From contig CAYZQA010000002.1 in the NCBI GenBank assembly GCA_964480745.1, positions 2,744 to 66,743 on the forward strand: DNA of 64,000 nucleotides. Reading direction: 5' to 3'. This document shows, piece after piece, positions 27,842 through 35,625 of this stretch. A program made the translations under genes and the position numbers. The notes beneath the pieces were generated by a model, which did not search any database, was not told the origin of the DNA, and was given only the letters and a program-made list of their open reading frames with translations. The DNA comes from an uncultured Sangeribacter sp. Lineage in GTDB: Bacteria; Bacteroidota; Bacteroidia; Bacteroidales; Muribaculaceae. How positions within the stretch are numbered: position 1 is the stretch's first letter; each line of letters begins with the position of its first letter.

Positions 27842-29374
27842 TTGCATTTGATGAAGAAGAGATTAGGACGGCGTCCGACGCGGGAGGTGAAAGTCGGGAC
27901 GCTCGGGATAGGAGGCGAGAATCCCATAAGGATTCAGTCGATGACCAACACGGTGACAACAGATGTTGAGGCTTCTGCCCGTCAGGCCAAGGCTATTGCC
28001 GATGCAGGCGGGGAACTTGTGCGGCTAACGACGCAGGGAGTGCGCGAGGCGGCTGCCCTGGGTCCCATCCGCGAGCGCCTGACAGAGTTGGGATGCAGCG
28101 TGCCCCTTTCTGCCGATGTCCATTTTAATCCCAATGCTGCCTTTGAGGCGGCTTCAACGGCCGACAAGGTCCGGATTAACCCGGGCAATTTCGTGGATGC
28201 AGCCCGGACTTTCCGCGTGCTTGAATTTTCAGATGAGGAGTATGCCGGCGAACTGATGAGGATTCGGAAGGCGTTGGTCCCTTTCCTTGAGAAATGTCGC
28301 GCAAATTCCGTCGCCGTCCGTCTTGGAGTCAACCATGGTTCGCTCTCCGACAGGATCATGAGCCGTTATGGCGACACTCCTGCGGGAATGGTGGAATCGG
28401 TCATGGAGTTCCTTCGGATTGCCCGTGAGATAGATTTCAACGACATTATCATTTCCATTAAGGCCTCCAACACTGTCGTCATGACCGACACGGTCAGGCT
28501 CTTGGCCGACACGATGGATAAGGAGGGAATGGATTTCCCGCTTCATCTTGGCGTCACGGAAGCCGGGGATGCTGAGGATGGGCGTATCAAAAGCGCCCTG
28601 GGGATCGGTGCGCTCCTCCTCGAAGGTTTGGGTGATACCATCCGCGTTTCCTTGTCTGAGCCTCCTGAGAATGAAATTCCGGTTGCGCGAGAGCTCGTCG
28701 AATATACGGGCCGTTCCCTGAGATGTGCCGTGGAGGAAGGACGTCCTTTCCCGGTCGAATTTACTCTTCTTGAATATCCAGCCGGTCTCCCGGAGGATCG
28801 TTTCGGAGCTTGGCATACGGATATGGAAGAGGATCCGGACGTTGCGGAGATTCAAGGAAAGGAAGGAGTAAAGAAGCAAGGCGTCATAATGCTCCGATAT
28901 GATGACGCGGATTTGGACCTGCTCCGCATTCATGCGTCGGCAGATGCAGGCTTTCTATTGCTGAATGGCTACGGGAAGGGACTGCGGATCGAAGCTCCTG
29001 CGTTCAGCCGGGAAGTGCTTGGCCAGTTGGAGCTTGATATTCTGCAGGCTGCGCGGCTGCGCACATCCAAGACAGAATATATTTCCTGTCCGAGTTGCGG
29101 ACGCACCCTCTTTGACCTTCAGGCAACCTTGAAAGAGGTCAAGGAGGCGACCGCCTCTCTCGTTGGCCTCAAGATCGGCGTCATGGGCTGCATCGTCAAC
29201 GGGCCCGGAGAAATGGCGGATGCAGATTATGGATATGTCGGTGCGGGCCCCGGTCGCGTGAGCCTTTATCGAGGCAAGGAACTGGTTCTGAAAAATATCC
29301 CTACTTCCGAGGCGTTACCGGCCCTGATGGAGTTGATAGAGGCTGATGGAAGGGGTGTGGCCATGCGGCCATAA
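27842..29374 (+). CDS. ispG: 4-hydroxy-3-methylbut-2-enyl-diphosphate synthase
   Basis: GcpE TIM barrel plus Fe-S domain (CPSCGRT, GCIVNGPGE) with an insert. Confidence 0.9.
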   Translation: MHLMKKRLGRRPTREVKVGTLGIGGENPIRIQSMTNTVTTDVEASARQAKAIADAGGELVRLTTQGVREAAALGPIRERLTELGCSVPLSADVHFNPNAAFEAASTADKVRINPGNFVDAARTFRVLEFSDEEYAGELMRIRKALVPFLEKCRANSVAVRLGVNHGSLSDRIMSRYGDTPAGMVESVMEFLRIAREIDFNDIIISIKASNTVVMTDTVRLLADTMDKEGMDFPLHLGVTEAGDAEDGRIKSALGIGALLLEGLGDTIRVSLSEPPENEIPVARELVEYTGRSLRCAVEEGRPFPVEFTLLEYPAGLPEDRFGAWHTDMEEDPDVAEIQGKEGVKKQGVIMLRYDDADLDLLRIHASADAGFLLLNGYGKGLRIEAPAFSREVLGQLELDILQAARLRTSKTEYISCPSCGRTLFDLQATLKEVKEATASLVGLKIGVMGCIVNGPGEMADADYGYVGAGPGRVSLYRGKELVLKNIPTSEALPALMELIEADGRGVAMRP

Positions 29375-29469
29375 ACCAAACTCAGGATTGTCTTGTTTCT
29401 ATATTGAAGCCTCCCCTATATGGAGAGGGGTTAAATTGAGTAAAAGACAAAAATATAGATAAGACAGTT

Positions 29470-29769
29470 ATGAAAAATCTTGAAGCTAAGCTTAGGGAAT
29501 CCATCCCGTCGATAGTCGCTTTTCAGCATATGGCAGAGCATGATGCCGTTGAAGTCAAATATCTGGTTGAAGAGTTGCGCAAGAAATATGGCGACCGGGT
29601 CAATGTGATTAGAGTTGACAGTTCATTCAACCGTCCGGTTATTGAAAAATACAAGTTAAACGCCTATCCGACCTGGATTCTCTTCAAGGAAGGAGAAGAA
29701 CTGATGCGCGAAAGCGGCAAAAAGACAATCGGCGAACTCTCCCAGCTCGTCGAACGCGCCTTCTCCTAA
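29470..29769 (+). CDS. thioredoxin-fold protein lacking any cysteine
   Basis: Trx-like cis-Pro region YPTWILFKEGE. There is no CxxC and no Cys anywhere in the 99 aa. Confidence 0.6.
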   Translation: MKNLEAKLRESIPSIVAFQHMAEHDAVEVKYLVEELRKKYGDRVNVIRVDSSFNRPVIEKYKLNAYPTWILFKEGEELMRESGKKTIGELSQLVERAFS

Positions 29770-29792
29770 TAGCGATTGAAATCATCTAATTG

Positions 29793-29820
29793 CCGGGATG
29801 GATTTTTCCATCTCGGCTTT
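29793..29820 (+). terminator. hairpin after the thioredoxin-fold gene
   Basis: CCGGGATGG-(loop)-CCATCTCGG with one mismatch, followed by CTTT. Confidence 0.4.
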
Positions 29821-29821
29821 A

Positions 29822-29829
29822 TAAATTTG
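29822..29829 (+). promoter_or_regulatory. -7 box TAAATTTG upstream of the kinase-like gene
   Basis: Exact TAnnTTTG, 46 nt before the ATG and directly after the trx-fold terminator hairpin. Confidence 0.45.
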
Positions 29830-29831
29830 CG

Positions 29832-29853
29832 ATTTTGGATTCTCATCCAAAAT
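29832..29853. promoter_or_regulatory. operator-like palindrome ATTTTGGAT-TCTC-ATCCAAAAT
   Basis: Perfect 9-bp arms between the -7 box and the kinase-like gene start. Confidence 0.4.
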
Positions 29854-29874
29854 TCGTAATTTAGAAATGTCATT

Positions 29875-30687
29875 ATGTCAAATCAAGACTTCTGGGAATC
29901 CATAGATGAAATCATTATTAATGGCTTCGATTCCAACGGTCTGGAAAAATTAGACTCTTATGCAGACAGGTTCATTAACCGGAAGCTCATATTTAACCGA
30001 TTTTCACCGCAAGAACAGTATGGCTGCGCAACAGGAGGTTCGGCTCATGTCGTTGCGTCCCTTCTCTCGCGAGCAGAAGATCCGACAAATCCAGCAACTC
30101 AAACAAGGGGCAATTTCAAAGCAATCCTCCAACAAGGAGAGAGACAAACTGCACTCGTAGAGAAATGGGCTAAAGAAAAAGGTCTCTGGTTAGACGATAT
30201 TGATACGCTTTTGGCTGAAAATCTCGGAGAATTTATTGCTGAAGGGGGAGAGGCAAAAGTTTATGATAATGGAATTGCTGTTTTGAAAACCATAGGGTTG
30301 GATTATTATATATTACTCTCGGATGCTCTGGATCGCATTTCCTTACATAACGCTTATTTTCCAGAAACCAAAATGGAAGTGATTGGTTTTGGTAGAGATA
30401 AAATGAATGAATTTAAGATTTTGATCTCACAACCATTCATAGAGGGATTCCCTATGTCGAATCCTGAAATAGAGTCCTTCATGGAAAAGTTGGGCTTTAG
30501 ACTGCAAAATCCTCGAAATTGGACCTATCTTACTGAAGACATCTATCTCAGCGATATACATGATGAAAATATTTTAAAAACTAAGAATGGAACTGTCTTC
30601 GTAATTGATTGTGATATTCGCCTTAACACTCCCGAATTGGGGAAAGGTGGACGAAGAACCTCTGGTCGTGATGTGACTATTATTTGA
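29875..30687 (+). CDS. protein-kinase-like fold protein (polyvalent-protein-kinase-like)
   Basis: GGEAKVY, LSDIHDENIL (compare GDLHPGNIL of APH/choline-kinase-like folds) and FVIDCD. Lies in an AT-rich islet. Confidence 0.5.
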   Translation: MSNQDFWESIDEIIINGFDSNGLEKLDSYADRFINRKLIFNRFSPQEQYGCATGGSAHVVASLLSRAEDPTNPATQTRGNFKAILQQGERQTALVEKWAKEKGLWLDDIDTLLAENLGEFIAEGGEAKVYDNGIAVLKTIGLDYYILLSDALDRISLHNAYFPETKMEVIGFGRDKMNEFKILISQPFIEGFPMSNPEIESFMEKLGFRLQNPRNWTYLTEDIYLSDIHDENILKTKNGTVFVIDCDIRLNTPELGKGGRRTSGRDVTII

Positions 30688-30726
30688 TGTTATTCAGAAA
30701 ATTATAAATTTCCCATAGATAAAAGA

Positions 30727-30755
30727 CATCCGGCTTCCGCTGCGGAAGCCGGATG
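30727..30755. terminator. bidirectional hairpin between the kinase-like gene and cysS
   Basis: Perfect 14-bp arms CATCCGGCTTCCGC / GCGGAAGCCGGATG. Confidence 0.7.
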
Positions 30756-30780
30756 CGTTGTGTTTGGATAGGTCAGAGAT

Positions 30781-32253
30781 TTATTTCAGACTCCATTCGA
30801 CGCCGTTCTTCGTGTCTTTTACGTTGAAGCCGAGGTCGGCGAGTTTGTTGCGGATGAGGTCGGATGTTGTCCAGTCTTTGGACGCCTTCGCGTTGGCCCG
30901 GATCTCCATCAGAAGGTCTACAGCCCCTTCGTATGGCTTCGTGTCGGTAGCCGTCCCCTCGTTGCCCAGACGGATGCCCAGCAAATCGGAAAGAATGGTC
31001 CTGAAAGTCTCCTTTAGGCGCTCAATATCCTCTCCCGAGAGGGTGATAGATCCGTCCGAGGCAGAATTGATCAGCTTCGAAGCCTCAAATAGATGAGCAA
31101 TGGCCATCGGCGTATTCAAGTCGTCATCAAGGGCCTCCAGACATTTTGCCATAAAATCGGGCACCTCAACACTCGATTTCTCGCCAGGCGTGAGATTGTT
31201 GAGCCTCTGCCACGTGTCGAGCATCTTCTGCAACGCCTTTTCCGCAGCCTGAAGCGCCTCGTTGCTGAAATCGACTGTGCTCCTGTAATGTGCCTGAAGG
31301 ATGAAAAAGCGGATCACCATCGGGTCGTACGCCTGTGTCAGCAGAGGATGCGTCCCCTTGAAGAATTCTTCAAGAGTGATGAAGTTGCCATAAGATTTCC
31401 CCATCTTCTTGCCGGCAATGGTGATCATATTGTTATGCATCCAGAATCTCACCGCATCATGGCCCTGGGCCGCCACGCTCTGGGCAATCTCACATTCATG
31501 GTGTGGAAACATGAGGTCCATCCCCCCGCCATGGATGTCGAAAGTGTCGCCGAGATACTTCCGTCCCATCGTGGAGCATTCGAGATGCCATCCCGGGAAA
31601 CCTTCGCTCCAGGGAGAGGGCCAGTGCATGATGTGCTCGGGCGACGCTTTCTTCCAAAGCGCGAAGTCAAGGGGATTGCGCTTCTCCTCCTGGCCGTCGA
31701 GCGTACGGGTGGTGTTCAGCAGTTCGTCGATATTCCGGCCCGAAAGTTTTCCGTAATGATGGTCGGCGTTATACTTTGCCACATCAAAATAGACCGACCC
31801 GCAGCTTTCGTAGGCATATCCGGCCTCGATTATTTTCTTGATATACTCGATCTGCTCGATGATATGGCCGGAAGCGTGCGGCTCGATGGAGGGGGGGAGG
31901 ACGTTGAGGGCCTCCATGTCGCGATGGTAGCGGTTCAGATAATACTGGACAACTTCCATCGGCTCCAGCTCTTCGAGGCGCGCCTTCTTGGCGACCTTGT
32001 CTTCGCCTGAATCGGCGTCATGTTCGAGGTGACCGACATCTGTGATATTGCGGACATAGCGCACCTTGTATCCGAGATGCTTCAGATAGCGGAAAAGGAT
32101 GTCGAACGTGATTGCGGGGCGCGCATGGCCGAGATGGGCATCTCCGTAGACCGTCGGGCCGCAGACATACATTCCGACATGTCCCGGCTGAAGGGGAGTG
32201 AAATGCTGTTTGGTGCGCGTCAGGGTGTTATAGAGGGAAAGATTGGAATCCAT
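30781..32253 (-). CDS. cysS: cysteine--tRNA ligase
   Basis: HIGH (HLGH) and KMSKS (KMGKS) motifs in a full-length protein. Confidence 0.95.
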   Translation of the reverse strand: MDSNLSLYNTLTRTKQHFTPLQPGHVGMYVCGPTVYGDAHLGHARPAITFDILFRYLKHLGYKVRYVRNITDVGHLEHDADSGEDKVAKKARLEELEPMEVVQYYLNRYHRDMEALNVLPPSIEPHASGHIIEQIEYIKKIIEAGYAYESCGSVYFDVAKYNADHHYGKLSGRNIDELLNTTRTLDGQEEKRNPLDFALWKKASPEHIMHWPSPWSEGFPGWHLECSTMGRKYLGDTFDIHGGGMDLMFPHHECEIAQSVAAQGHDAVRFWMHNNMITIAGKKMGKSYGNFITLEEFFKGTHPLLTQAYDPMVIRFFILQAHYRSTVDFSNEALQAAEKALQKMLDTWQRLNNLTPGEKSSVEVPDFMAKCLEALDDDLNTPMAIAHLFEASKLINSASDGSITLSGEDIERLKETFRTILSDLLGIRLGNEGTATDTKPYEGAVDLLMEIRANAKASKDWTTSDLIRNKLADLGFNVKDTKNGVEWSLK

Positions 32254-32273
32254 GATGAGGGGAATTAGGAAAT

Positions 32274-32304
32274 AAAAAAAGAGGCGCGTTTCGGCGCCTC
32301 TTTT
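32274..32304 (-). terminator. intrinsic terminator between DUF3467 gene and cysS
   Basis: 8-bp GC-rich stem AGAGGCGC/GCGCCTCT with A7 on one side and T4 on the other. Lies only ~20 nt upstream of the cysS ATG. Confidence 0.6.
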
Positions 32305-32318
32305 GTTTCATGCCGGAA

Positions 32319-32603
32319 TCAGTTGTTGCCGCCCTTAGCGTTGCGGGGAGCGATTTCGCCGAACTGAGCCTCATATTTCTTTACATTGTCAGTGAGCGCG
32401 AAGAGAAGCTTCTTGGCATTCTCGGGGCTCATGATCACGCGGCTGACTACGGGAGCCTGCGGCATGCCGGGAGCAGCGAAGATGAAGTCGATGAGGAACT
32501 CGCTGGGGCTGTGGCCGATCATTGCGAGGTTAGTGTACTTGCCATCTGCCAATTCAGGGCGAAGCTGAATCTGAAGCTGATTCTGGTTTTCTTTATTTTC
32601 CAT
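32319..32603 (-). CDS. DUF3467 family protein
   Basis: 94-aa protein resembling DUF3467 (YTNLAMIGHSPSEFLIDF). Confidence 0.65.
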   Translation of the reverse strand: MENKENQNQLQIQLRPELADGKYTNLAMIGHSPSEFLIDFIFAAPGMPQAPVVSRVIMSPENAKKLLFALTDNVKKYEAQFGEIAPRNAKGGNN

Positions 32604-32807
32604 TTTCTTTTAATCTTTGAAGTTGTAAAGGTAGTCCAACAAATATCAGGCCAAATAATCAATCCGGGAAAGGCTTCCGGTGGCCATCAATCCATTGTAA
32701 CGCAAAATTAATCAAAAATTCTTTGATTTCCAAGCCCCCCGCCACCAAAGCACTCCAAAGCCCATCAAAAGGACTACCAATAGACATGATTCAGGGTTCA
32801 GCAGCAA

Positions 32808-32837
32808 AATTTCTTGCATCTTCTTGTAATTTCTTGC
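32808..32837. repeat. 10-bp direct repeat AATTTCTTGC x2, 20 bp apart
   Basis: Copies at 32808-32817 and 32828-32837, upstream of the DUF3791 cassette promoter box. Confidence 0.8.
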
Positions 32838-32868
32838 GCCTTCCCATAGAGTAAAACTCAGAATTTCG

Positions 32869-32876
32869 TATTTTTG
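32869..32876 (+). promoter_or_regulatory. -7 box TATTTTTG upstream of the DUF3791/DUF3990 cassette
   Basis: Exact TAnnTTTG, 48 nt before the ATG. Confidence 0.45.
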
Positions 32877-32923
32877 CATTTAATAACCAACTCGCCATCG
32901 ACCCTTAACATTAACCGAAAATT

Positions 32924-33172
32924 ATGAATAAAGACCAAATTGATTATGTAACCTCTGTAATCGGAGCGTTGGCCTTGATGACTGGTAAGTCATGTTCATG
33001 GATCTACCAAAAACTGCAATCCGCAGGCCTCATAAAGGGTTATTTAGCCGACGCATATGAAGTGCTCCATACGTTTAGCTTGGAATATGTGGCCGAGGAT
33101 GTTATTACTCTCATGAAGAAGAAAGGATACGAACTATGTTATAGTGTATCATACTTCAGACCAATGCTTTGA
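32924..33172 (+). CDS. DUF3791 family protein
   Basis: 82-aa helical protein. Overlaps the next gene. Confidence 0.6.
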   Translation: MNKDQIDYVTSVIGALALMTGKSCSWIYQKLQSAGLIKGYLADAYEVLHTFSLEYVAEDVITLMKKKGYELCYSVSYFRPML

Positions 33173-33617
33173 TTCGCCCGATGTTTTGCATTCGCGCAAT
33201 GCCCTTGATTTAGGGAAAGGATTCTATGTTACTCGGTTAAGAGATCAGGCCGAGAAATACTCGATGCGTTTTCTAAGGGTTGGGAAAAACGCTTTTTTAC
33301 ATATTTTCGAGTACTCCCCGGATGCTGATTTGCGAGTAAAGGTGTTTGACGCTTATGACGAAGAATGGCTTGACTTTGTTTGCGCATGTCGTAAAGGCGG
33401 GGAGGAATACTGTCAATACGACATCATTGAAGGTGGAGTCGCAAATGATAAGGTGTTTCAAACAGTAGACTTATATATTGCCGGGATTTACAATAAGGAA
33501 CAGGCGTTGCAGAATCTTGCCTATGAAAAGCCAAACAATCAATTATGTTTTGTTACTCAGAAGGCGATTGACAGGTGTCTGATATTTGTAGAACATAAAC
33601 CGATCAAACATGGATAA
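33144..33617 (+). CDS. DUF3990 family protein (possible ART-like fold)
   Basis: N-terminal YHTS and GKGFYVT motifs. GTG start is the only in-frame start after the stop at 33114. Confidence 0.6.
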   Translation: MYHTSDQCFDSPDVLHSRNALDLGKGFYVTRLRDQAEKYSMRFLRVGKNAFLHIFEYSPDADLRVKVFDAYDEEWLDFVCACRKGGEEYCQYDIIEGGVANDKVFQTVDLYIAGIYNKEQALQNLAYEKPNNQLCFVTQKAIDRCLIFVEHKPIKHG

Positions 33618-33858
33618 GGCAACCAGAATACTTCGGGATATGAAATATTCCCGCATCATTGATTTGATCGCCGATAAGTTGCAAATACCGCTTGAAGAAG
33701 CGATGAGTATGTTATACACTTCCCCTTTGTTTGAAATAATTGATGACGGCACAGCCGATCTCATCTGCCGCAGCGACATCTACCTCGCCGAAGAAATAAT
33801 ACGAAACGATCAGTCACGTAGCATTTACCAAGACACCCATACTTTGCCTAAGAAGTAA
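33610..33858 (+). CDS. DUF3791 family protein (second copy)
   Basis: 82-aa helical protein. Its start overlaps the DUF3990 stop by 8 nt. Confidence 0.6.
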   Translation: MDKATRILRDMKYSRIIDLIADKLQIPLEEAMSMLYTSPLFEIIDDGTADLICRSDIYLAEEIIRNDQSRSIYQDTHTLPKK

Positions 33859-33918
33859 TCGATAAGGGGCGGGTATAGTATAATCTTTTGTGGTAGGTTG
33901 ACTTTATCAAAATTATTC

Positions 33919-34608
33919 TTACTCTATGTCGTTAATGTCCTGCGCCGGGGAAGGGGTTGGTTCGAGGTGGCCGTCGGCGATGCGGATGGTGCGGGTCGCT
34001 ATTTCGGCCATACCGTCGTCGTGGGTGACGATGACAAACGTGTGGCCGTAGTCGCGATTCAAGCCGACGATTATGTCGCGGATCTCATCGCGGTTGCGCG
34101 AGTCCAGACTCCCCGTCGGTTCGTCAGCAAATACCACCTTCGGATCATTTATCAAGGCGCGGGCGATCGCTACCCGCTGCCGCTCTCCCCCCGACAATTC
34201 GCCAGGGCGGTGGGTCAGCCGCTGGCTCATCCCAAGCAGGTCGAGCAACTCGCGCGCACGCCCCGTGGCCTTGCTGCGGCTCATGCCGCCGATCAGCGCC
34301 GGTAACGCCACATTCTCCTCAGCCGAAAATTCAGCAAGCAGTTGATGAAATTGAAAAACAAACCCGATATGACGGTTGCGGAACGCCGACAACCGCTTGT
34401 CGCTCATCTTCGAAATCTCTTCCCCGTCATAAACCACCTTTCCCGAATCCGGCTTGTCAAGCGTGCCGGCAATCTGCAATAACGTTGTCTTCCCGGCCCC
34501 GCTCGGCCCCACAATGGAAATTATCTCATGCTCGGGAAGCGTCAGGGAAATCCCTTTCAACACTTCCAACTGGCCAAAACTTTTCCTTATATCCTGAAGT
34601 TCAATCAT
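33919..34608 (-). CDS. ABC transporter ATP-binding protein (LolD/MacB type)
   Basis: Walker A GPSGAGKTT, signature LSGGERQR and Walker B. Confidence 0.85.
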   Translation of the reverse strand: MIELQDIRKSFGQLEVLKGISLTLPEHEIISIVGPSGAGKTTLLQIAGTLDKPDSGKVVYDGEEISKMSDKRLSAFRNRHIGFVFQFHQLLAEFSAEENVALPALIGGMSRSKATGRARELLDLLGMSQRLTHRPGELSGGERQRVAIARALINDPKVVFADEPTGSLDSRNRDEIRDIIVGLNRDYGHTFVIVTHDDGMAEIATRTIRIADGHLEPTPSPAQDINDIE

Positions 34609-35371
34609 TTTTTTTTAAATTAGACAGCTTCATGATGACATGGTTCGCCATGTAAATCCCGAAAATAGCGGGTATGGTCGCCGTGGTTCCAAATGACGTC
34701 CGTTTGTTCCGGCTCTCCACTTCCACAATCGCCCCCGCTCGCGGCGCCTCCTCGCTGGCCACGACCCGCAACGTCCGACGCAACCCCATCTTCTTCAACC
34801 GTTGGCGGACAGCCCGCGCAAGACCATCCTCACGCGTCTCCCACAGATCCGTGTAAACAACCTTCGTAGGGTCAACCCTTCCCCCGGCTCCCATGGAAGA
34901 TATAACAGGTATATGGCGCTTTAGACACTCCGCTAAAAGCTCCGTCTTGGGCGCAACCGTATCGATGCAATCAACGACGTAGTCATAGCCCCGGTCAAGA
35001 AGGTCGCCGATATTGTCGGGGGTGACAAACAATTCCAACGCCTCGACCTCAATCTCAGGGTTTATGTCGCGGAAGCGCTGCGCGAATAAGTCGGTCTTGA
35101 CCTTTCCGATGGTGGAGATGGTTGCGATCAGTTGACGGTTAAGATTGGAAGGGGCGACCGTGTCGGCATCCACCAGCGTCAGGTGCCCGACGCCGGTGCG
35201 TGCCAGTATCTCTGCGGCATAGCCGCCGACGCCGCCAACCCCGACCACTAACACGCGGGCCGAGGCAAGGCGATCCATCGCCTCGTCTCCCAGCAGGCGC
35301 CGCGTCCGGGAATCCCTGGATTCCTCTCCGGAAGCCCCGGACGCTGCCTCTATGTTCGGATCTTTATTCAT
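34601..35371 (-). CDS. tcdA: tRNA threonylcarbamoyladenosine dehydratase (ThiF/E1-like)
   Basis: GVGGVGG Rossmann motif. ATG 35371 shares one base with the upstream TGA. Confidence 0.8.
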   Translation of the reverse strand: MNKDPNIEAASGASGEESRDSRTRRLLGDEAMDRLASARVLVVGVGGVGGYAAEILARTGVGHLTLVDADTVAPSNLNRQLIATISTIGKVKTDLFAQRFRDINPEIEVEALELFVTPDNIGDLLDRGYDYVVDCIDTVAPKTELLAECLKRHIPVISSMGAGGRVDPTKVVYTDLWETREDGLARAVRQRLKKMGLRRTLRVVASEEAPRAGAIVEVESRNKRTSFGTTATIPAIFGIYMANHVIMKLSNLKKND

Positions 35372-35595
35372 CAATAGCCCGTGTGACGAAGCCAGCTCCC
35401 CTTGAACCCTGTTTCCTCCAGTGTCTTCTCAACCTGGGCCGCATGTTCTGCATCCTCGGGAAGACCATGGACTTCAAGGATCTTGTCTACGGAATTGAGA
35501 TCCATGCTCCACTGGGCATTCGGGAACTTGCTCTGCATCGCGTTCAGGATGGCTGTCTGGCAGCCTCCGCATTTTGCGTTAGTCTTAAATTTCAT
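35371..35595 (-). CDS. heavy-metal-associated (HMA-like) small protein
   Basis: 74 aa with an N-terminal KCGGC metal motif. Directly downstream of copA. Confidence 0.6.
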   Translation of the reverse strand: MKFKTNAKCGGCQTAILNAMQSKFPNAQWSMDLNSVDKILEVHGLPEDAEHAAQVEKTLEETGFKGSWLRHTGY

Positions 35596-35625
35596 TATAT
35601 AACAGATTAAAAGTTTACGATGATA

